Below, in pieces: positions 25,027 to 32,000 of a stretch of DNA of 32,000 nucleotides. Both the position numbers and the translations under genes were made by a program. Each line of letters starts with the position of its first letter. The stretch's first letter is position 1. The notes under the pieces are model-generated. The model saw only the letters and a program-made list of their open reading frames with translations, did not search any database and was not told the origin of the DNA. The stretch is from Rhodobacter capsulatus SB 1003 (lineage in GTDB: Bacteria > Pseudomonadota > Alphaproteobacteria > Rhodobacterales > Rhodobacteraceae). The stretch covers positions 1 through 32,000 of the forward strand of contig NC_014035.1 of assembly GCF_000021865.1 (NCBI RefSeq), read 5' to 3'.

Positions 25027-25839
25027 TCAGAACGGCGCGAGCGTGGCAAGGAAACTCGGTTCGGGCGTGCATTCGCTTCCCGCGCGCTCGGTCAGCCAGT
25101 CGGGATGGGGCAGCGGGGTGAACCCCATCGCGCCAAAGGACCAGTTCCAGACCGACCAATCGGCATCGGCCTCGACGATCAGCACGGCGTGCAGATACCA
25201 GTGCGAGGTGCTCTTGAAGCCGGTCCGGGTGGTGTAAAGCGACAGGCCGCGCAGCTCGGCCCAGCTGTCGATGGGATGAGTATCCCCGTGGCGCGCGATG
25301 CAATAGGGATGGCCCGCCGCAATTTTCAGCGCCGAAACCGCGGCGGCAGGGACCGTCGCGAGCGACCAAAGGGCCAAGAGCGTCGGCAAGGCCATCAACA
25401 GGGCCGCGAGTTCGCCCGCCTCGGTGGCGCGGCCCAGCATCTGCAGGCCACCCACGACGGCAAGGGTCAGCATCAGCCCCTCGAGGAAGGCAAGGGCCGA
25501 TCCGCCATCCATCATCGCGGCAAGAGTGAGCAAGACCCCCAGCACCGCGCAGCAGACCGTCAATGGCACGAGCACGAGGCCCGGCAGTCGCAGCCGCGCG
25601 TAACGCGCCAGAAGCGCAGAGACCAGCGGCAGGACGGGCGCGGCGACGATCGCGGCCACAGCCGCGGCGATGTCTCCCGGGACGCGCGGTCTGTGCAGCA
25701 AAGACAGCGGCGCCAGATCGGCATAGCCCGCGGCGATCAGCCCCGCCATGGCAAGGGGGATCCATCCCGTTCGGTGCTGCGCGGGAGCGGTCACAGCACC
25801 CGCCGCCCGGAAACAAGCGTGGCGTCGCCCGGGGTCCAA
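25027..25839 (-). CDS. Hypothetical membrane protein with a C-terminal Cys/His/Trp-rich domain
   Basis: 270 aa (the start may be the internal MAGLIAAGY at 25749). About 6 hydrophobic helices precede GHPYCIARHGDTHPIDSW ... HWYLHAVLIVEADADWSVWNW. No family recognised. Confidence 0.55.
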   Translation of the reverse strand: MDPGRRHACFRAAGAVTAPAQHRTGWIPLAMAGLIAAGYADLAPLSLLHRPRVPGDIAAAVAAIVAAPVLPLVSALLARYARLRLPGLVLVPLTVCCAVLGVLLTLAAMMDGGSALAFLEGLMLTLAVVGGLQMLGRATEAGELAALLMALPTLLALWSLATVPAAAVSALKIAAGHPYCIARHGDTHPIDSWAELRGLSLYTTRTGFKSTSHWYLHAVLIVEADADWSVWNWSFGAMGFTPLPHPDWLTERAGSECTPEPSFLATLAPF

Positions 25840-26162
25840 AGATCAAAGGCAAGCATCGGGGAAAGGGTGAAAATCGGCCAATCCGGCACGAAGCGGGGCG
25901 TGGCGCCCCCGGCGGCGATGAGGCGGCGGATGCGTCCGCCGCACCAGAGCCCGACCGCCCCGGGAAGGATGAGACGGATCGGCTGCTTGAACACCACGAA
26001 GGCCGCCATCGCCGGGAAGATCAGGAAGAGATGCGGGATCAGGCGCCGGAGATCCGCTTCGGGCAGCTTGCCAAAAGGCCGGTAAAGGGGCGGAAATCCG
26101 CCCAGCAGCTGGAGGGAGAGGATCAGGACCATCATCCCGAACATCAGGGCCGTTCCGAACAT
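25791..26162 (-). CDS. Small hypothetical membrane protein
   Basis: Start taken at MFGTALMFGMMVLILSLQLL (ATG 26160-26162). 123 aa, 2-3 TM helices. First gene of the minus-strand operon. Confidence 0.5.
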   Translation of the reverse strand: MFGTALMFGMMVLILSLQLLGGFPPLYRPFGKLPEADLRRLIPHLFLIFPAMAAFVVFKQPIRLILPGAVGLWCGGRIRRLIAAGGATPRFVPDWPIFTLSPMLAFDLWTPGDATLVSGRRVL

Positions 26163-26320
26163 CGCACGCCTTTTCAATCCGTTACAGTCCTTGAAACCTC
26201 CCATGCCCCGCGCCAAAGTGCAATGCGGCTGATGCGATCGCGGATTGGCTTGCGGCCCGACCCTGCGGAATGTCGCTCCGCCGGGGCGTTTCACGGGCCA
26301 TTGTGCAAAGGAACCGCGCG

Positions 26321-26530
26321 ATGACACCTTACGCCGGCTGTCTGCTCTCGACGTTTTTCGACCCCTACGGCTGGGGGTCTGTCCTGATCGGGCTGGCCTT
26401 TGCTGTCGGCTTGGCCCGACGCGGCAGAGGGACGCTTTCGCTGATCTCGGTGCTTCTCGGGGTCGTCGCCGGGGCGTTGCTTGCAGCATTTCATTACAAT
26501 CTCAACTGCGTGGAACTGTATCCCGGTTAG
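26321..26530 (+). CDS. Small hypothetical membrane protein
   Basis: Start taken at MTPYAGCLLSTFFDPYGWGSVLIGLAFAVGL. 69 aa, 2 TM helices. Divergent from the 26162 operon. Confidence 0.4.
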   Translation: MTPYAGCLLSTFFDPYGWGSVLIGLAFAVGLARRGRGTLSLISVLLGVVAGALLAAFHYNLNCVELYPG

Positions 26531-26681
26531 GGGCAAACCCGGCTTCGGTCGCTTCGCCTCGCCCGTTCGCGCGGCCGCAGACCGCGCCGGTTTGGAAAAG
26601 GCTTGTCGCGCAGGCAGGATCGGGTCATCCTCGGTCCCTCAGAACGTCCTGTGCGGAATTGATTTCAAAAGGTCTTTTGCA

Positions 26682-27713
26682 ATGTCCCCCGCGCCCCTGT
26701 TCTGGATCACCGTCCTCGGCCTGCTGGCGGGCCTGCTCGGCCTGTCGGTAGCGGGCTGGCGCCATGCAAAGCCGGTGCAACAGATCGTGCTTGGGCTCGC
26801 CGGGCTTTTGGGCATCATGCTGACGCTGTCGTTCCTGTTTGCGCCGCTTGGCCTGCCGGTGGCAGCCTGTGCGCTGGTCACCTATGTCGCCTGCCGCCTC
26901 GTCGCGGGGCTGGCCAGCCGCGCGGCGCGGCTTGTGGCGGCGCCTCTTGCGTTTGGTTTGATTGCGGCCCCCTTCGCCGAACGGATCAGCTTCGAGATCC
27001 GCACGGCAAGCGCGCGGGGAGCCTATGCGCGGGGCTGGGCGGACCTTGCGCGGAAGCCGCTTGCGGTGCAGTTCGGCACGTTACGGCTGCAGCTGCCCTT
27101 TTCCCCCCAGATCCACGTGGCAACACCCTGCCCGCCCGGCGCAGCGGCCGCGCCCGGGGTCTGCGTCATCACGGCGCTCGACGCCCGGCCGCAGGCCCAT
27201 GATCTGCTGCAGGGCGGTCCGCCCCCCGCCGCGCCGGGCCAACCGGCGCGGCTCGACCGGATCACGCTCGATGCCACGGACCCGGCGGGGCGGTTCGGGG
27301 TTGTCCCGGTTTCGTCGCTCGAGACAGCTCCGCCTGAAAGCCGGGCGCAATCGTGCGCGCGCCACCCCGAGGCCTTGGTGAGCCCCTGGTGCGCCGCGCC
27401 CCTTTCGCGCAGCGTGACCCTGCGCCCGGCGCCCCGCGAACCAGACATTGAAGAGATCTTGCTGCGCGACCATCTCCCCCTCGAGGGGATCACGCTGCCG
27501 CCCGATGCCACCGGCACCCCGGCACGGTTCACCTGTTCCGCCACGCGCGATGCGGCACGGCGCAACGACCCGACGCGGATCCGTTTCCGTCTGTGCCGAC
27601 TGAGCTACCAGCCCCTCGCGGGGCTTGAGGCTGTCGTGGAATTTGACGGCATCGCGGATGCGGAGTTGCATGAAGCGGCGCCGAGGCTGATAGGAGAGTT
27701 TGGGCGTGGTTGA
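26682..27713 (+). CDS. Hypothetical membrane protein with a Pro/Ala-rich C-terminal domain
   Basis: Start taken at MSPAPLFWITVLGLLAGLLGL. 343 aa with about 4 TM helices, then a ~230-aa domain containing several Cys. No family recognised. Confidence 0.55.
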   Translation: MSPAPLFWITVLGLLAGLLGLSVAGWRHAKPVQQIVLGLAGLLGIMLTLSFLFAPLGLPVAACALVTYVACRLVAGLASRAARLVAAPLAFGLIAAPFAERISFEIRTASARGAYARGWADLARKPLAVQFGTLRLQLPFSPQIHVATPCPPGAAAAPGVCVITALDARPQAHDLLQGGPPPAAPGQPARLDRITLDATDPAGRFGVVPVSSLETAPPESRAQSCARHPEALVSPWCAAPLSRSVTLRPAPREPDIEEILLRDHLPLEGITLPPDATGTPARFTCSATRDAARRNDPTRIRFRLCRLSYQPLAGLEAVVEFDGIADAELHEAAPRLIGEFGRG

Positions 27714-27840
27714 ATGCCGCCCTCGGGGACCGGGGATGATCCCCGCAAGCGGAACAGATTTTTGGTCGCACTACCTGTACGCACGACCGCGCCACACATG
27801 GTCAGGGGTGGCTTTGTGTTCTCCACCCATATTCCTGCAT

Positions 27841-28629
27841 TCATCGCGCCGCAGAGGGTGCCTCTACCTCCGGCTTGCGGGCAAGCAGGATGAAACGCGT
27901 GTATACCCTCGTCCTCAGGCGGTTGCGCAGGCCATTGGAGCGGCGTTGAGCCTTTGCGATCGGCTCATGCGGGATCTGCATCAGATCGACGAACCCCGCC
28001 GAACGCAGCATCGGCTCAAGCGCCTCAAGCGTCAGCCCGGCGCCAAAGGGCAGACGGCGCATGATCCCGGCGTGCCGATCGCCAAGTGCGCCGTGGTAGG
28101 TCGGATCGGGCGACAGCCGCTCCCACAGCGCCAGGAGCCCGGCCGCCCAATACCCGCGCGGATCGGGTTGCGCCCAGTTGCCGTCGTAGATCAGCAACCG
28201 CCCGCCCGGGCGCAAAACGCGAAACCAGTCCGCAAAAGCCTCCGCCGGGCGCGTCAGTGTCCAGACGAGGTGACGGCACAGGATCGCATCCTGGCTTTGC
28301 GCAGGTTCCATCGTGGCGTGAGCATCGGCGAGACGGAACCGCAACCGCGGTTTGCCCGCGTGCTTGGCCCGTGCGACGGCGAGCATCGGCTCGCAGAAGT
28401 CGAGCGCGGTGACCTCGTGGCCAAGATCGTGCAAAAGCCGCGTCACCTCGCCCGTGCCGCAGGCAAGCTCCAGCACCCGTTGCGGCGCGTCGCCAAGCCG
28501 GTGCATCGGGACAGCCCAGGCCTCGGCCTCGGCGCCGGGGGCGATCCGGTGGCCGAAAGCCAGGTCGAAGGTCGCGGCGCGCAGCCCCCAATAGGCGCGG
28601 ATCTCCTCGGACAGATCAAAGTTGCTCAT
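27841..28629 (-). CDS. Class I SAM-dependent methyltransferase
   Basis: Start taken at MSNFDLSEEIRAYW (ATG 28627-28629, overlapping the pseudoazurin stop as ATGA). Motif I VLELACGTG, post-I ALDFCEPML, and VLRPGGRLLI. Confidence 0.85.
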   Translation of the reverse strand: MSNFDLSEEIRAYWGLRAATFDLAFGHRIAPGAEAEAWAVPMHRLGDAPQRVLELACGTGEVTRLLHDLGHEVTALDFCEPMLAVARAKHAGKPRLRFRLADAHATMEPAQSQDAILCRHLVWTLTRPAEAFADWFRVLRPGGRLLIYDGNWAQPDPRGYWAAGLLALWERLSPDPTYHGALGDRHAGIMRRLPFGAGLTLEALEPMLRSAGFVDLMQIPHEPIAKAQRRSNGLRNRLRTRVYTRFILLARKPEVEAPSAAR

Positions 28630-29051
28630 TGCGGATGCGTCGCGAGGATCGCCTCGAAACGGCTGCGCGCCCGCGCGGGCAGATCGGCGGGCAGCACCGG
28701 CGCGGGGGCGTCGCCCACCTTGATCAGCATGACCATGCCCATGGCGAAATGCGGGCTGCATCGGATGCCATAGCTTCCGGGAACGGTCAGGGTGACGCTG
28801 AAGGTTTCGTTGATCTTCGATTTGAACGGGATGGCGCCTTCGGGGATCATCCCCTCGATCGTGGCGGCGTTGTGACCGGGCTGGGCCGGAAGAAATCGCA
28901 CCGTATCGCCCGGGGCAATGTGCAGGAAGGCGGGCTCATAGGCCATCGCCCCGCTCTCGGCGCGGTTGTACATCTTCACGTCATGTGTTTCGGCCAGCAG
29001 CGGGGCGGCGAACAGAAGCAGCGCAACGGCCGGGATGGCGGCAAGTTTCAT
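28626..29051 (-). CDS. Pseudoazurin (type 1 blue copper protein)
   Basis: 141 aa with signal peptide MKLAAIPAVALLLFAAPLLA. The mature protein ETHDVKMYNRAESGAMAYEPAF has copper ligands in the GHN and CSPHFAMGM motifs. The ATG lies 3 nt after the ABC ATPase stop. Confidence 0.9.
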   Translation of the reverse strand: MKLAAIPAVALLLFAAPLLAETHDVKMYNRAESGAMAYEPAFLHIAPGDTVRFLPAQPGHNAATIEGMIPEGAIPFKSKINETFSVTLTVPGSYGIRCSPHFAMGMVMLIKVGDAPAPVLPADLPARARSRFEAILATHPQ

Positions 29052-29054
29052 CGA

Positions 29055-29822
29055 TCAGTCCTCAAGACAATGGAAACGGAACAGGTTTGTGTTATCGGCG
29101 GGATCGGTCAGCACGGTGGCGCCGACCCGGAAGATCCGCGCCAGCCGCTCGGGCGTCAGCACCTGCCGCGGCGGGCCGCAGGCGATCATCCGACCCCCGG
29201 CCATCACCCCCAGACGGTCGCAGCCGATCGCCTGATTGAGGTCATGAAGCGCCACGATCACCGTGACCGGCAGGCGGGTCATCAGCCGCAGCAGCGACAA
29301 TTGGTGGTGGATGTCGAGATGGTTCGTCGGCTCGTCGAGCAAGAGCAGCCGCGGCTCCTGCGCCAGTGCGCGGGCGATATGCACCCTCTGACGTTCGCCC
29401 CCCGACAGGGTGGACCAGAGCGCCGCGCCCATCTGCGCCATGCCGACCGCGGTCAGGGCCCGATCGACGATCGCACCATCCCGGGGGCCGAACGGATGCA
29501 ACGCTGACAGCCAGGGGGTGCGGCCCAGCTCGACCGCATCGCGCACGGTCAGCGCCGCATCGGTCTCGGCCTGCTGCTCGACAAAGGCGAGCTTGCGGGC
29601 CACCTCGCGCCGTGACTGCCGGGCCAGCGGCACGTCATCAAGCCGCACCTCGCCCCTCGGATGCGGCAAGAGCCCGGCGATCAGCCGCAGCAGGGTGGAC
29701 TTGCCGGAGCCGTTCGGACCGACCAGCCCGAAGGTCTCGCCCGGACGGATATCCAGCGTGACGCCCTCGACAATCGGGCGCCCGGCGCTGGCCCAGCCCA
29801 GATCCGTCGTGGAAACCTTCAT
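29055..29822 (-). CDS. ABC transporter ATP-binding protein (FecE/BtuD/HmuV type)
   Basis: Start taken at MKVSTTDLGWA. Walker A GPNGSGKST, signature LSGGERQRVHIARAL, Walker B LLLLDEPTNHLD. The ATG overlaps the permease stop (ATGA). Confidence 0.9.
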   Translation of the reverse strand: MKVSTTDLGWASAGRPIVEGVTLDIRPGETFGLVGPNGSGKSTLLRLIAGLLPHPRGEVRLDDVPLARQSRREVARKLAFVEQQAETDAALTVRDAVELGRTPWLSALHPFGPRDGAIVDRALTAVGMAQMGAALWSTLSGGERQRVHIARALAQEPRLLLLDEPTNHLDIHHQLSLLRLMTRLPVTVIVALHDLNQAIGCDRLGVMAGGRMIACGPPRQVLTPERLARIFRVGATVLTDPADNTNLFRFHCLED

Positions 29823-30859
29823 CTGCGCCCCCCGTTGCGGATCAGGATAAGGGCGAAGCCCGGGGCGCCGACGAGCGCGGTCACGACCCCGATGGCGACG
29901 ACCTGCCCGGGGATCAACATGCGCGAGGTGATGTCGGCCGCGATCAGGAACACCGCGCCCGCCAGCGCCGCCCCCGGCACCAGCGCCCCGTGCCGCGCCC
30001 CCACGGCAAAGCGCACCGCATGCGGGATCACCAGACCGACGAAGCCGATCGAGCCGACAAGGCTGACCATCGTCGCGGTCATCAGCGTCGTCGCGCCGAT
30101 CAGCACCAGCTGCACCCGACGCACCGCAATGCCAAGCGCCGCCGCCGATTGCGCGCCGAATACAAAGGCATCCATCGCCCGGACATGCCAGAGACAGACC
30201 AGAAACCCCAAGGCCGCCGCAGGCGCGGCCAGCGCCACATCCGGCCAGCGCACCCCGGAGAGATTGCCAAGAAGCCAGAACATGATCCCCCGCGCCTGTT
30301 CGGCATTGGCCGATTTCGCGATGAAGAAACTCGTCAGGGCGTTGAAGAGCTGCGATCCCGCGATCCCGGCCAGCACCAGTTGCGCGGGCCCCCCTCCGGC
30401 GGCCCGGGCCAGCGCCGCGACCAGCCCGAAGGCCAGAACCGCGCCGACGAAGGCGCCCCCGGACAGGCCAAGCGCGCCTCCGCCCACGCCAAGGATGGTC
30501 ACCGCCACCGCCCCGGTCGACGCGCCGGCCGACACGCCCAGCAGGTAGGGATCGGCCAGCGCATTGCGGATCAGCGCTTGCAGCACGACGCCCGAAAGCG
30601 CCAGCCCGGCGCCGCAGCCCGCCGCCACCAGCGTGCGGGGCATCCGGTAGTTCCAGATGATCGCCGCATCGATCGGATCGACGGGATGGCCCGCGTTCCA
30701 AAGCTCATTGGCCAGAACCGCCGCCACCGTCGAAACCGGCAGCGGCGTTTCGCCGATGACGACCCCCGCAAGGATCGCCATCGTCAGCACGGCAGCCCCA
30801 AGCATCCCTCGCCACAGGAGAGACCGGGCACGCCAGCCGGAAGCTGCCGCCGCCATCAT
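29819..30859 (-). CDS. FecCD-family ABC transporter permease
   Basis: 346 aa, about 9-10 TM helices, with a typical FecCD/BtuC pattern (RTLVAAGCGAGLALSGVVLQALIRNALADPYLLGVSAGAS). Confidence 0.9.
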   Translation of the reverse strand: MMAAAASGWRARSLLWRGMLGAAVLTMAILAGVVIGETPLPVSTVAAVLANELWNAGHPVDPIDAAIIWNYRMPRTLVAAGCGAGLALSGVVLQALIRNALADPYLLGVSAGASTGAVAVTILGVGGGALGLSGGAFVGAVLAFGLVAALARAAGGGPAQLVLAGIAGSQLFNALTSFFIAKSANAEQARGIMFWLLGNLSGVRWPDVALAAPAAALGFLVCLWHVRAMDAFVFGAQSAAALGIAVRRVQLVLIGATTLMTATMVSLVGSIGFVGLVIPHAVRFAVGARHGALVPGAALAGAVFLIAADITSRMLIPGQVVAIGVVTALVGAPGFALILIRNGGRR

Positions 30860-31866
30860 TTCAGACCGAATGCCGGCAGGGCTTCAACCAGCGTCTCGAG
30901 CGCGGTGACGTTGCGGATCGAGGGATCCATCGCATGGGCATCCAGAATGACGATCCGGTTGTTCTTCACCGCATCCATCTGGCGCGTCACCGGATCGGAT
31001 TTCAGGAAGGCGAGTTTCTTTTCGTAATCATCCGCCTCGAAGCGGCGCCGGTCCATGCGGGCGATGACGATCACCGAGGGATTCGCCCGCGCGATGGTTT
31101 CCCAGCTTACGGTCGGCCATTCCTCGTCGCTCTCCACGACATTCTTCAGCCCCAGTTTCTCCATCATGTAGCCGGGCGGCCCTTTGCGGCCCGCAACATA
31201 GGGGTCGACATCCATCTCGGCCGAGGAAAACCAGAACACCGCCGACGCGTCATGCAGATCGAGCGCCCGGGCCTTTTCGATCGCCACGGCCTCGCGCGCC
31301 TTCAGATCGGCGACAAGCGCATCGGCCCGGTCCGAAACGTCGAAGATCTGCCCCAACTGGGTCACGCCCGCATGGATCGAGGCCATCTCGAACATCGCGC
31401 TGCGGGTGCCGTCGGAGCCGGTGCTGTTGTCCTTTTTCCAGCAATCGGCGGGCAAGACATAGGTGGGGATGCCGACATCGGCGAACTGTTCCCGCGTGGC
31501 GACGATGCCTTGCGGCCCCACATGCCATTCGTATTGCACGGCGACCAGTCCCGGCTTTTTCGCCACGACCGATTCAAAGCTCGGGTCATTGTCGGCCAGC
31601 CGCGCGACGCGGGCATTCGTCTCGCGGAACTCCGGAAGGACCTCGGTGAACCAGACCGAGGTGCCGGTCACCTTGTCGCCAAGGCCAAGCGCATAGAGGA
31701 TCTCGGTCGCGGCCTGCCCCACGGTCACGACGCTGTCGGGCGCCTTCTGAAAAGTCAGATCGACACCGCAGTTCTTCAGCTGCAGGGGATAGGTGGTTTC
31801 GGCCATGACGGGCGACGCGAAGCCGGTCGCGCAGGCAAGCGCGACAGTCAGGGAACGGACAAACAT
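30856..31866 (-). CDS. ABC transporter periplasmic binding protein (Fe-siderophore/cobalamin-type class)
   Basis: 336 aa with signal peptide MFVRSLTVALACATGFASPVMA. GGAG SD 8 nt upstream. The stop overlaps the permease start (ATGA). Confidence 0.85.
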   Translation of the reverse strand: MFVRSLTVALACATGFASPVMAETTYPLQLKNCGVDLTFQKAPDSVVTVGQAATEILYALGLGDKVTGTSVWFTEVLPEFRETNARVARLADNDPSFESVVAKKPGLVAVQYEWHVGPQGIVATREQFADVGIPTYVLPADCWKKDNSTGSDGTRSAMFEMASIHAGVTQLGQIFDVSDRADALVADLKAREAVAIEKARALDLHDASAVFWFSSAEMDVDPYVAGRKGPPGYMMEKLGLKNVVESDEEWPTVSWETIARANPSVIVIARMDRRRFEADDYEKKLAFLKSDPVTRQMDAVKNNRIVILDAHAMDPSIRNVTALETLVEALPAFGLK

Positions 31867-31967
31867 GAAAAGTCTCCGGATGTCAGGGCAGCCGGGGACA
31901 GATCAGGAAAGGTCGGCCATGGCGTGTTCCTGCGGCACCCCTGCGGGCCGCGCACGAACTGGCTGGA

Positions 31968-31985
31968 GGGTGCGCAAACGCACCC
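31968..31985. promoter_or_regulatory. Perfect 7-bp inverted repeat GGGTGCG-N4-CGCACCC upstream of the importer operon
   Basis: Seen directly about 100 nt upstream of the binding-protein start. There is no adjacent U-run on either strand, so it is more likely a protein-binding site or RNA stem than a terminator. Confidence 0.25.
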
Positions 31986-32000
31986 AAGGGCAAAAGTCAT

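Noticed and set aside
29823-30701. N-terminal extensions of track ORFs: 29055-30701 (548 aa), 24359-25852 (497 aa), 3624-5147 (507 aa), 8503-9867 (454 aa), 17548-18333 and 6030-7094.
   Set aside because: Recognisable domains begin at internal ATGs that have SD sequences or ATGA coupling. The extensions overlap neighbouring real genes and have artefact-like composition.
31867-32000. Possible cobalamin riboswitch upstream of the FecBCD/BtuFCD-type operon (ccggagac near the SD resembles part of a B12 box).
   Set aside because: The match to the B12 box is only partial (GACTTTTC instead of GACCTGCC). The conserved core elements (GCCACTG, GGGAA/GGTG ... AATCC) are not visible in the 130 nt available. 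It cannot be supported without upstream sequence.
1-32000. Scan for CRISPR-like regularly spaced repeats, tandem repeats, IS inverted repeats, and rRNA or tRNA genes.
   Set aside because: By eye I found no periodic direct repeats, no transposase-like ORFs and no cloverleaf-compatible T-arm/acceptor combinations. A computational repeat finder and tRNAscan would be needed for certainty.

Overview
High-GC segment that looks alphaproteobacterial, Rhodobacterales-like (inferred from gene content such as pseudoazurin and from codon style). No rRNA, tRNA, CRISPR array or transposase was seen. Most long ORFs in the six-frame track are antisense or out-of-frame high-GC artefacts. (1) 1-11.6 kb holds intact genes. 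A polar-amino-acid ABC importer is divergent from an asparaginase-family gene plus a GntR/HutC regulator. These are convergent with a PfkB kinase, a TIM-barrel isomerase and a LacI regulator, which together may be a glycated-amino-acid (Amadori/opine-like) catabolic locus. A membrane-embedded AraC regulator flanked by two lipoprotein-like alpha/beta hydrolases follows. (2) 11.6-23.1 kb is a strongly mosaic accessory region full of gene fragments. It contains conjugative-element backbone remnants (ssb, radC and DUF2493-like fragments) interrupted by a more A/T-rich three-gene cassette that resembles an orphan polymorphic-toxin C-terminal module with two immunity-like genes. It also contains VWA and GT41 fragments, an intact rfbF next to a truncated rfbG, a NUDIX/LysR/SnoaL/SDR block, a RelE-XRE toxin-antitoxin pair beside a frameshifted small tyrosine recombinase, and histidine-kinase and ATP-grasp remnants. 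(3) 23.1-32 kb holds a four-gene operon (two membrane proteins, an RNA ligase, a membrane-anchored LAS-type zinc peptidase), divergent membrane proteins of unknown function, and a five-gene translationally coupled operon. That operon joins a FecBCD/BtuFCD-type importer to pseudoazurin and a SAM methyltransferase. The best candidates for undescribed biology are the toxin/immunity-like cassette (12.3-13.7 kb), the RNA-ligase/LAS-peptidase operon (23.6-26.2 kb) and the importer-pseudoazurin-methyltransferase operon (27.8-31.9 kb).
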